Shown here: piece after piece, positions 9,023 to 18,310 of the stretch
Numbering within the stretch: position 1 is the first letter of the stretch
Layout of the letters: each line of letters starts with the position of its first letter
Source of the DNA: an uncultured Nitrososphaeraceae archaeon
GTDB taxonomy: Archaea > Thermoproteota > Nitrososphaeria > Nitrososphaerales > Nitrososphaeraceae
Direction of reading: 5' to 3'
Assembly (NCBI GenBank): GCA_963728595.1
Contig: CAVSLF010000004.1
Location: 1-64,000 of the forward strand
DNA length: 64,000 bases
Position numbers and translations under genes: made by a program
Notes under the pieces: generated by a model
What the model saw: the letters and a program-made list of their open reading frames with translations, nothing else
The model's database searches: none
Told to the model about the DNA's origin: nothing

Positions 9023-9712
9023 ATGACAAAAAAAACTGCAGAATCAAGTCAAGAAATACAACCACAGCCGGAATTCGAGTATAATAACAAAACATGGAAA
9101 TCATATCAAGACCTGATAGAAAAATACAAAATAGATCTTACCATTCCACATGGTGTTAGAGCGCCTGAGGAAAGGAAAAGGGAATTCCTAGCAAGAGTCG
9201 ACTTGGAGAAAGGTCCTATTGAACGAAAGGTTACTAGCATGGTTCTATTTATAGCGAAAAATCGTGAGGACAAACAGCCAAGGGAGTACATAAAGTATTA
9301 CGAAGATTGGCAAGGCAAAGATTGGATGGATAGAAAATTAAGGAATAGTGAGAATCTTGAAGGAGTCTACATGGAGCAAGAGGCTGAGAAAATTGTAAGA
9401 TATAATGAAACGAAAGGTCCTGAAGTAGCAGGTTATAAACGGTCAGGTGAGCATACTGTATATACAATCCCATATAGCAAGGAGATAGTTGACAAAATCA
9501 TTGGAGACCAGGATAAATCCGATATCATATTCACGGTAAGAACATCAGAAAGACGACAACAATTTCTATATGACGAGTTTGTAAACTACTCATGGGGACA
9601 ACTCGAACAGATCTTGTTACTAGATGGTGGAGCAGATCAAGCGAGAGCAGAGAGAGCACTTCAAAGCGGTAAAGTATTAACTTCTAATAACCTGGAATTC
9701 AAACCCCAATAG
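9023..9712 (+). CDS. Hypothetical soluble protein, probably element-associated
   Basis: 229-aa charged ORF, divergent from 8930, followed by a hairpin and T-tract. Confidence 0.8.
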   Translation: MTKKTAESSQEIQPQPEFEYNNKTWKSYQDLIEKYKIDLTIPHGVRAPEERKREFLARVDLEKGPIERKVTSMVLFIAKNREDKQPREYIKYYEDWQGKDWMDRKLRNSENLEGVYMEQEAEKIVRYNETKGPEVAGYKRSGEHTVYTIPYSKEIVDKIIGDQDKSDIIFTVRTSERRQQFLYDEFVNYSWGQLEQILLLDGGADQARAERALQSGKVLTSNNLEFKPQ

Positions 9713-9734
9713 GCCTTTGCAAAAATTATTGTAA

Positions 9735-9773
9735 ACCACTAATATGTGGTAATTTCTTTTTCTTTTGTTTTTT
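9735..9773 (+). terminator. Terminator candidate
   Basis: accac-taatat-gtggt hairpin followed by tttctttttcttttgtttttt. Confidence 0.5.
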
Positions 9774-9831
9774 GAATTTACTCAATCAAAGCCTTCCGTT
9801 TGACATTATGAAATTATGAATCTCTCTTAGT

Positions 9832-10050
9832 TTATTGATACCTGGGACAGAAGCGAGCCTTTGATTCATTTTTCGTTTGGGTTTCACTAATGTATTCAAT
9901 CTTCTTTGCTGGTCTAGTTACTATGATACCATCATGCACTTCGGTTATCATTGTATCCTCTTTCGCTTCCGTTGCCACTGCTCTTGAATTCGCTTTTAGT
10001 CTAGTCACCATTTGATAAAATTGTTCACTTAAAGGATCGAGTCCTAACAT
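9832..10050 (-). CDS. Small hypothetical protein
   Basis: 72-aa ORF with ATG start and AT-rich TATA-like upstream. Confidence 0.45.
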   Translation of the reverse strand: MLGLDPLSEQFYQMVTRLKANSRAVATEAKEDTMITEVHDGIIVTRPAKKIEYISETQTKNESKARFCPRYQ

Positions 10051-10129
10051 TTGTTTCTACGGTAATTAAGAGCGTCAGAGTACTTAAATATTAAAAACAC
10101 GGTAGGAAACTACGAACGTCCATCGATAG

Positions 10130-10606
10130 CATCCTATACTGTCTGGTTATAGATTACGACGAAAGTGATTTCGATACTTATTTTCCTACAATTCAAAAAA
10201 TGATTAATTCGATTCAAATACAGGGAGCGAATGAAAGTTCAAATAACGCATCGATTGTTGCCGAGACAACCGCGCCTACCGATGATGTTGTCTTGTTAAG
10301 TCACAGAACCTAATCAAAAATCTTCCTTTGATATAATTTCAACTAAAGATAATTTCGATGGGCGGTAATAAACTCGTTGAACCTATAAGTTGTGATAAAT
10401 ATATGATTAGTGGACTAAAAGCGTGTTCATTTTTGTACTCTGGTACCGACAAAGACGGCAAACGCTATGGAGTTCTCACGGCCGTCGTAGTTGATAATGA
10501 CAAATCCAACCATATGATAAGTTATAGGGCTGATCCTTCGAATTTCGACAATGAACAAGTAACAATGGATCACATAATAAACACATACTTGCTACTAAGC
10601 AATTAG
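10130..10606 (+). pseudogene. Two adjacent C-terminal fragments of PsbP-like genes
   Basis: DYDESDFDTYFPTIQKMINSIQIQ (about 10154-10225) and ISYRADPSNFDNEQVTMDHIINTY (ORF 10358..10606), both PsbP-like C-termini lacking N-termini. Confidence 0.55.
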
Positions 10607-10781
10607 ACCGTGAATATGTCATAGCGATCTACTTCAGAAATTCTTTACTCAAACCAGACAGGGACACTCTGGAAATTGATTGCAGTTATTTACGCTAATA
10701 AGCCATTAGAGACGAGCAAAATTTATCTTTACAAATGAGTACAAGGGAGCATGGACAACATAACAGTGAGCCTTTTGTGAT

Positions 10782-11543
10782 TTGAGGCTCCTACTGGTAG
10801 ATGACAGCCATGAGATTGCTGAGGTAGTGAGTTTCTACTGTAGCACGAAGAATATAGACTGTCGCGCGATCGAGGATGGACATGAAGGGTTAGAGCGAAT
10901 CCGAAAAGACAAATTTGATCTTATCTTGCTGGATATAGCCATGCCGGAGTTTACTGGGATGGATATAATCAAATCAATCAAACAAGAGGGATCCATAGAA
11001 TCAAAGAACCTTGTTGTGTTTACGGCTTCATCCAATCAAAGAATGTTGGAGGAAATAAAGAACAGTGGCGTCAAAGAGATTTTCAAAAAACCCTGTTCCT
11101 TAGACGAATTAACAGAATTGATAGAAAAATATCGTCCCACCAACATGAATCAGACGTTAAGTTATACGAACGGTATTGACCCCGTGACACGTATTTTGGT
11201 GGTAGACGATGATAAAGACCATCTCAATTTGTTTAAAATGATTCTAGAACTTGAGGGATATTCTGTGGATGCGTATACTGACCCTGTTACTGCTTTGTTG
11301 AAATTTAAGCCTGACTATTATGACCTAGCAATGCTAGACTACCTTATGCCTCATTTAAATGGTCTAGAATTGTATAGACGAATTAGGGAGTTAGATTCAA
11401 GAATGAAGGGATTTATAATCACGGCAACCCACGAACAATTAACTGACACAGAAGATTCACGCAGACCACATGACTTGACGGTGATAAGAAAACCCATTAG
11501 CAATGAAGACTTACTGACTAAGATCACTTCCATATTAAACTAG
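10782..11543 (+). CDS. Response regulator with two tandem receiver domains
   Basis: LLVDD..LLDIAMP..TA..KP and VVDDD..MLDYLMP..TA..KP; no output domain. Confidence 0.9.
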   Translation: MRLLLVDDSHEIAEVVSFYCSTKNIDCRAIEDGHEGLERIRKDKFDLILLDIAMPEFTGMDIIKSIKQEGSIESKNLVVFTASSNQRMLEEIKNSGVKEIFKKPCSLDELTELIEKYRPTNMNQTLSYTNGIDPVTRILVVDDDKDHLNLFKMILELEGYSVDAYTDPVTALLKFKPDYYDLAMLDYLMPHLNGLELYRRIRELDSRMKGFIITATHEQLTDTEDSRRPHDLTVIRKPISNEDLLTKITSILN

Positions 11544-11701
11544 GCATCTAGCATGTGGCCGTCCTGCAACGTTCGCAATCGACTGGAATAACACGCAACA
11601 CGTTGTCTACCGCGGAAACGACAATCACATCTATGAATTGTCATGGTAGACTGGGGTCGAGCGACTACAAACCTCTACCGTATTTGCTTCATAGCCAATC
11701 T

Positions 11702-11740
11702 CTGTACTGGCTGCTTCCGGCCCATTAAGCAGCCAGTCAG
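11702..11740. repeat. Dispersed repeat family B, copy 1 (hairpin)
   Basis: ctg-t-actggctgctt-ccggcccatt-aagcagccagt-cag: perfect 11-bp inverted repeat plus a bulged 3-bp extension. Confidence 0.8.
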
Positions 11741-11837
11741 TCCAACTAACTAGATTCGTTCTGATTTCAGCACTACTCTACCCAATTTGTGATAAGGCTA
11801 CATAATATTTACAACTTGGTTCTATGTGTACGCCGTA

Positions 11838-12248
11838 TTACCAAGTACCAGGACCAAACGACTGCCACATTTCAGCGATCTTGCCGTCGGCAATCCTGAA
11901 GAGATCGAAACCTACGACACTAGTGGGCTTATCGCTTGCAGGTATTCCAAAAAGTTCTTTCTTTGGTGTACCAGTCATTGTCCATCGAATCAAAACTTCG
12001 TCGCCTTTGGACATTGTAGAGTCATGTGTAATATTAAGATCGGGCATAGCGTCTCTAGCGGCAGAAGCGATTTTCTTTACACCCTCCGGACCGTGCGCTA
12101 AATCTGAAGGAACATTTGGATTTCTCCAAACAAAATTTTCTGCAAGAATCTGGTCTGCTGCTGATAAATCTCCCTTTTGAAATATATCCGTGTGAAAACG
12201 ATTGGCGATAACTACGTTTTTTTCTTCTTGTCCCTGTGGATCTGACAT
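11838..12248 (-). CDS. SnoaL-like ester cyclase (NTF2 fold)
   Basis: HGPEGVK..AMPDL..GDEVLIRWTMTGT..GIPAS..FRIADGKIAEMW. Confidence 0.9.
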   Translation of the reverse strand: MSDPQGQEEKNVVIANRFHTDIFQKGDLSAADQILAENFVWRNPNVPSDLAHGPEGVKKIASAARDAMPDLNITHDSTMSKGDEVLIRWTMTGTPKKELFGIPASDKPTSVVGFDLFRIADGKIAEMWQSFGPGTW

Positions 12249-12356
12249 AAAACTGGCTTTATGGGATGGTAATTAAATCTTACTTTGTACCCTTTGTCTT
12301 GGTGTGTGCGTCAACTCTAATGAAAGTTTATTTTCTTAGAAGCGGAATATAGTAGC

Positions 12357-12482
12357 ACGTCCAAGTTTCCTCAACGAGAAAGAAATCAAATCCAGAATAT
12401 AGTCGCCAGCCTAACGTTTAAACGGATAGCAGACAATGATATTATCAAAGTCATATACGGCCAGAAAGGTAAACGTGTCTAA
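12357..12482 (+). pseudogene. Third, truncated copy of the terminase small subunit-like gene
   Basis: (ACG)SKFPQRERNQIQNIVASLTFKRIADNDIIKVIYGQKGKRV* aligns with MYKFTNGERASVKSLIASLTIKRIPEPDIIKAIFNQTGKTI; shared upstream promoter. Confidence 0.85.
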
Positions 12483-12967
12483 GTCTAGTCTAGACTAGTT
12501 AAGACTAGTCTAAATCAACAATTATATTATTTACACACGGTATAGGTACCATCTGGAAACTTAAGGCAGCCCGAGCGGATAAAGAAATTAAAATTCTTAT
12601 TAGTAGATGCGACATCTGCAATAACCATATAACAGGCGCACCGGACAATCTGGAATCTCAGATAGAAATGTCAAATGATACAGACGATAATCCAAGGTTG
12701 TTACTATGTTCCTCTTGCAGTCGGCAGTACATGATACCCAGTTATTCCCAAGTGCCTCTGTAACTTTAATCTAATTTGATGTATTCATAATTATTGCAAG
12801 CCTCGCGTGTCCTCCAAATCTGTCGGGGTTCGTAACTGCTGGGGGAATCATGTAAGACCAACTTCACCCTCAGCGGTTTGTCATTATCAACCTAATAAAA
12901 TCGGTTACCTGCGTAAAATCTTATAACCAACTTTTACTCATAAAGCATGAACGAAGGTTTATTCAAT

Positions 12968-13006
12968 CTGTACTCGCTGCGACCTTCGGCCCATATAGCC
13001 AGTCAG
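12968..13006. repeat. Dispersed repeat family B, copy 2 (degenerate)
   Basis: ctgtactcgctgcgaccttcggcccatatagccagtcag. Confidence 0.7.
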
Positions 13007-13041
13007 TTAATTTAGTCGGTAAGTTAGCAGATCTACTGTAT

Positions 13042-13176
13042 CTATATCTGATGGACTTCACGCTCGTGTTTTTTTAATTCTTCTGATGTTTCAAAGGAAA
13101 GTCCGACACATTCTTCACATGCAAAAGTCCTTTTAACCCCAGTTGGTTTAGGATCCTGGTCAGGCATTGAGGACAT
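13042..13176 (-). CDS. Small C2H2 zinc-finger protein (44 aa), absent from ORF track
   Basis: MSSMPDQDPKPTGVKRTFACEECVGLSFETSEELKKHEREVHQI*. Confidence 0.75.
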   Translation of the reverse strand: MSSMPDQDPKPTGVKRTFACEECVGLSFETSEELKKHEREVHQI

Positions 13177-13225
13177 GATATGCACTAGATACACAAATAT
13201 TTAATCATTTTTTATCAGTTATATA

Positions 13226-13252
13226 CCGGCCCAAACACAAGCAGCCAGTCAG
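13226..13252. repeat. Dispersed repeat family B, copy 3 (right half only)
   Basis: ccggcccaaacacaagcagccagtcag. Confidence 0.7.
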
Positions 13253-13299
13253 TTTTCTCTCAAAAATTAAGAATCATTTAGTATAATCCTAACTTTGCC

Positions 13300-14340
13300 T
13301 CAACAAAGGTTAGTTATACCTATCTCATCACAACTTGTATCATCTTTAGAGGCTTGATTTTGTGTCTTCAATCCTTTTACATTGATATTCACTGTATCGC
13401 TGGCACTCAGTTTGTCATTGTCTACAACTGTCAATCTAAAACTTAATTTGCTATCCGAATTAACATCAGGAATTTCAAAAGTTGAAACCGGAGAATCAGC
13501 ATTTCGTAATGCAACAGATGGATTTCCTGAAAACTGAATCCATGAATAGGAGACAATAGTACCGTCGGAATCTTTACTTTGTGCAGCATTGAGATTGACT
13601 ATAGACTGTGCTTTTACGATTTGATCTTGTCCTGCGTCGGCAACAGGAGAATTAGTATCCCTCACAACGGGCGATGTCTTTTCTGTTGAAATTTCGGGTT
13701 GTGAAACTGTTCGATCGATTGTTGTCGCTTGAGGTAGTATCTTGTTTGAATTTAGCAATGCCGGAGAGCTAAAGCCACTGGAATTGCTACCTGAGGGATA
13801 CAAATCTCTTACTCCGGTAACGTTGACGCTAAACCACTTAGTGGAATTAAGCGTACTACCTGAATTGCTGAAACAGGATATTTTGGACGTAAGTTTGTTG
13901 GAGCCTTCGATGAGGTCTGTATAATTAGAACTTAGTGTGAAACTCCAATTAGAATAATCGCCTTTGCCACCACTACCTGCTGCGTCTGCATTTTGATAGG
14001 GCTTTGCATTATTCACGATAACTGAAACTTTACAATCTGTTAATTCGTTATCACTTGAAATACCTGAAATATTGAGAGGTCCGCTTAAACTGACATTATC
14101 AAAATGATGAGGAAAAGTTATTCTAACTGCTGGCGCGTTTGATATCGAGGGGAGAGGCATTGTTATTTGCGCCCCTATTTTGTGTAATATATCCACACTA
14201 ATAAAAAACGAAATAAACAGCAACATTGCTACCAATAATATGAATCGATTCAAAATATCTCTATTAAAATTGAAGTAGGCAACATCCCGTATAAGAGTAT
14301 AAAGGAAACTAATAATATGAGATAACACCACAATATTCAA
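13300..14340 (-). CDS. Surface protein with Ig-like domain and PKD/REJ-like domain
   Basis: TM/signal segment, VRITFP..GISSD..C..DYSNWSF..KLTSKISC domain, PVADAGQDQ..DSDGTIVSYSW..FRLTVVDND PKD motif. Confidence 0.8.
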   Translation of the reverse strand: MNIVVLSHIISFLYTLIRDVAYFNFNRDILNRFILLVAMLLFISFFISVDILHKIGAQITMPLPSISNAPAVRITFPHHFDNVSLSGPLNISGISSDNELTDCKVSVIVNNAKPYQNADAAGSGGKGDYSNWSFTLSSNYTDLIEGSNKLTSKISCFSNSGSTLNSTKWFSVNVTGVRDLYPSGSNSSGFSSPALLNSNKILPQATTIDRTVSQPEISTEKTSPVVRDTNSPVADAGQDQIVKAQSIVNLNAAQSKDSDGTIVSYSWIQFSGNPSVALRNADSPVSTFEIPDVNSDSKLSFRLTVVDNDKLSASDTVNINVKGLKTQNQASKDDTSCDEIGITNLC

Positions 14341-14694
14341 ACCAAACGGGCCATAAAGATGTCTAATTTTAAGTAAATTGTAGCAGCGGACTCTCTTTCA
14401 ATACGTGTAGATTGTTATTATCCCGATTATGTCGAATATTTGCGGTATTTAATTACAAATCGTGCAGTGACAATAGTATTTTACCAGAGTAATCATATGA
14501 AAGCAGTCGTCAAATATAGTGGGGAAAAAGCATTTTTGGAGCGCTAAGTGCAAAACAGGCTCCGATCGATGGAACGATTGACGAAGAATTATACAGCAGA
14601 CACAATAGACTGAATTATAGAGACTTTATAGAATATGCCTCTAGAAAGAGAACGCTAAACACTAATAAGGTTTGTTAGCACTGTAATTAACAGT

Positions 14695-16372
14695 TTGATT
14701 CAAAAAAATAAATTAGTGCTAGCAATGATAACGACAGTTTTTGTTTTGGGGTTTATTACGAATTCTCAATTAAATTCATTTTTCGTGGTCGAAGCTCAGG
14801 ACAAATCCGACAATGGCCAAAGTGAAGACTTAGAATCTGTGCTTCCAGATAAGGGCCTTGACAGCTCGGTCAATTCCACCCTGTCAAACTTCACCTTGCC
14901 AACTATATCTTCCTCAGAAGATGACGTTTCTGACAACAGTAACTTTACTCAAAATAATACAGCTGAAGAACCACCTGTCAGCGATGAAAATGTAACACCA
15001 CCTGAAGAAAATACCACTGTATCAGAAGAACCACCTGTCAGCGATGAAAATGTAACACCACCTGAAGAAAATACCACTGTATCAGAAGAACCACCTGTCA
15101 GCGATGAAAATGTAACACCACCTGAAGAAAATACCACTGTATCAGAAGAACCACCTGTCAGCGATGAAAATGTAACACCACCTGAAGAAAATACCACTGT
15201 ATCAGAAGAACCACCTGTCAGCGATGAAAATGTAACACCACCTGAAGAAAATACCACTGTATCAGAAGAAAACATCACCATCTCTGAGCCGCCGAACAAC
15301 ACCAATACCAATAATTCAGTCTCAAACATAACAACTACAAGTGTTGCCCCTGTTGGAGGCGTGGACATCATAAACTCTGTATCTAACTCATCAGCGGACC
15401 AGGCACTCCCAGCCGAGGAGCAATCTGCAGATAATACAACTTCTGCCAACATAACAGCAACTAAGGAAGCTACTTCTGACACGTTAGATCAGACTACCTC
15501 TCCTGAAGACACACTTGGTGCTCAAATATCTAATCAAACAGAATCCGCTCGCCTCAGCCGTAGCGGGTTTGTCTAGCAGTAACGCAAAGGTGGAAAATAA
15601 TCAAATTACTAATATTCAGAACGTCATTAACAATATAGCGATTAGTGCTGCACAAAGTGGAGCAAATTCTCAAAAAGTTGCCCAACAAATTTCTAAGGAA
15701 GTTATCGCAAACCCCAAGGGTGAAGTAGCGAACTCTATCAAACAATTAGCGAATGAATTTGTGCGAGGTAACCCAGACGAGGTAGATATAGCAGCAAACC
15801 AAATAGGAAGCTTGATTGCAAAGGGCAACAATATACAGCAGACGCTAGTACAAGTAACGAATAATGTAGTTAATAATATAAAAAATATCAAGGCAACAGA
15901 AAACAATTTTAATGAAGTAATTATACATCCATCACTTTCCACACAACAGAAAAAAGAAATTACCCAAACTGTAGACGTGATAAAGAAAGCAAAACAAGAA
16001 GTTGACGTTCCTCGAGTTCATATCAAATTCGATTCACACGAGCGTAACTTGGTTCTTCGGATTCTGACTACAAATAATTTCAGATACGAAATGCCATTTA
16101 GTAAGTTTAACGGTGCATTTACCTTAGATGACAATCAATTTAGAGTTAAGATACTTAGCGGAGATGGATCAGTTAAAGCAGCATCGGTTGCCCCGATGTT
16201 TAAGAGTGGCAAAGTTGGCGAAAGAAACTTCTTGGATAAGGATGTAAATAATGGAAAGGTATTTTTCTCTCTGAAGGACATAGATTCTGGCAGATACTTA
16301 CTGGAAGTTTACGTCAAGTTAAGCAATGGTGCGATAGCGACATTTGCCCGAGGATCTGTAAGCATAAGATAG
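14695..16372 (+). pseudogene. Large secreted acidic glycoprotein-like gene, frameshifted near 15540
   Basis: ORF 14695..15576 (signal peptide plus repeats) and 15515..16372 join as ..ISNQT/QNPLASAVAG.. Confidence 0.75.
14965..15270 (+). repeat. Intragenic tandem repeat, 60 bp x5 (EEPPVSDENVTPPEENTTVS)
   Basis: Five identical 60-mers with no spacers. Confidence 0.97.
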
Positions 16373-16810
16373 TCCTTCTAGTTAAGGCTCGGGAACTGTC
16401 TCATAATTAAATAGATAAATTTGTTTGTCTGACTTTTATAATGAAGGATCTAGTAAAGAAACCTAAAGACAGTACATAAACAATCGATATAACTCATTAA
16501 CCATAATAATAAATATGATCATAAACGCATCCATATCGAATTAGTAATTATAGTCATAATCATAATTGTTGTCCTCTGCTTTGGTTTCAATTCGATGTCC
16601 TCTTTATTTTACCTACAAAATTAGATCTTCCTGCAGATTTGCAGTATTCACAAGAGGGGATTTTTAGTATCTGATCAAGCCGGAGTAAAACTAATTTCCG
16701 TTGATGTAATTCCTAACACCGTGTATTTCTTGAGGAATCTTATATCACACAATTTAGTAGATTCAGTATGATAAATCTATCCGAATATAGATAAAATGGA
16801 CAATTAATAC

Positions 16811-17396
16811 GTGCTTGTGAGAGAACCAACGGTTCCACATTACCACAGAATGATAAAATCCGCAGTAATATTTGCAGTCTTGCCTGCCTTATTTTACTAC
16901 GCGACAATACCTTTTCTCGTAAATAATGGCTTTGCCGAAACTGGAGTGGGCAAAAATATATTCAAAGTAGTTGTTTCAATATTTGGTTTCACAAAAGAAA
17001 CTGGTGACATTGTAGCTATTGTCAATGTTGATGGAAATTCTAGAGTAAAAACTTTTGACTTTAATCCGGCGAATCCATCTACATATAGTTCAATCAACGG
17101 AGATGTCTTCAAGTTTGTTGCTACATTTCCCAACGTCGTAGTAGAGTCGGGAGAGATATACAGGGCATGCGTAGTAAAATTAAAAGACATGCATCAGGTA
17201 CTGTCAAGAACGTAAAAATTCGTCTGCGAAAGGGTCAGAAGTTGTCGAAATAGTACTGGATAAAACAATCAAGAGAGCAGAAATAGAAAAAATGAATGAA
17301 GTAAAGAATGAAGTAAAGAATGAAGTAAAGAATGAAGTAAAGAATGAAGTAAAGATTGAGGCCAAGAATATATTGCCTAATTACTCCGCTAAGTAA
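16811..17396 (+). pseudogene. Secreted hypothetical protein frameshifted near 17198
   Basis: ..ACVVKLKDMHQ continues in shifted frame YCQERKNSSAKGSEVVEIVLD..(NEVK)x5..YSAK*. Confidence 0.65.
17295..17354 (+). repeat. Tandem repeat, 12 bp x5 (aatgaagtaaag)
   Basis: Five exact units. Confidence 0.95.
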
Positions 17397-17700
17397 AGAA
17401 AATTTATCAGTAACTTACAATACTGCCATATGGCTTCTTTTATGTCAAGTATGATCCATGAAACTATTCAAGCGTACTAATTAATATGTATGGAACTAAA
17501 GAAAGATGGTAACATCATGTTAGATCTTGACTCTTACTCATGCCAAGTCAAAAAATCTGAAATATATTTCGTTCATAGTCCTGTGACAATTCTAGAATTG
17601 TATTCGGACCACCCGGGAATATTCGCTTAACTCTCATGGGGTTCTTTAGGCTTAGGTCTGGTTAACTACAGTTATATTCGATAAAAAAAATTATCTTATA

Positions 17701-18153
17701 ATGGCACATATGACTAAAAGCGAAATTAAAAAGTTTCTTATGAAAGATACATTTACAGGAAAGCTTGCAACAGTTAAGAAAAATGGGAGTCCACATGTTG
17801 TTCCAATTTGGTTTGTTGTCGAAGTAAACAGCAGAAATAGAAATAAAGTAAGAAACATCTATTTTACAACCGGCCGAGAGTCAGTCAAGGCAAAAAACAT
17901 TCAACGTGATAGTAGAGTAAGCATTTGTGTGGACGATCAGACGCAGCCTTTTTCCTTTGTTTCAATATGTGGTATTGCAAAGTTAATTCCATACAGACAA
18001 AAAGAGATCTTGAAATGGGCAACCAAAATTGCAGAACGCTATATGGGAAAGAAAAATGCGAGGGCGTATGGTGAAAGAAACAGTGGCGAAGACGAGATGT
18101 TAGTAAGGATAATACCAACTAAAATAATTGCAGAAAAAGATGTTGCTATCTGA
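17701..18153 (+). CDS. PPOX-class (pyridoxamine 5'-phosphate oxidase-like) probable F420-dependent oxidoreductase
   Basis: GKLATVKKNGSPHVVPIWF..SVKAKNIQRDSRVSICVDD. Confidence 0.9.
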   Translation: MAHMTKSEIKKFLMKDTFTGKLATVKKNGSPHVVPIWFVVEVNSRNRNKVRNIYFTTGRESVKAKNIQRDSRVSICVDDQTQPFSFVSICGIAKLIPYRQKEILKWATKIAERYMGKKNARAYGERNSGEDEMLVRIIPTKIIAEKDVAI

Positions 18154-18310
18154 GGCTGTATCCATTCTTAATAAGCAAATATACCCAAGGAGAACAGATC
18201 TCTCTCGCAGCTAAATAGGTCATACTAGGCCCAGGAAAGTTTGATAACGTCCATATCGAATATGGACGTCAAATTTCATCATCGACCAATTGGTAGAAGG
18301 TAATATCTCC

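Noticed and set aside
11644..11682. Minus-strand sequence ending ..ccagtctacca, faintly like a tRNA 3' half/att remnant next to hairpin B
   Set aside because: No TTCRA T-loop or pairing T-stem; too degenerate to call
1..13300. Complete provirus
   Set aside because: No recognisable portal, capsid, tail, replication or intact integrase gene, and no att pair within the window
14965..15270. Possible CRISPR array (also 50697-51068, 17295-17354, 3853-3906)
   Set aside because: Units are contiguous with no unique spacers, mostly in-frame coding repeats; no cas genes seen
14949..15482. Long antisense ORFs over repeats (also 50669..51103, 55201..55545, 53565..53903)
   Set aside because: Shadow or alternate frames kept open by tandem repeats of the real genes
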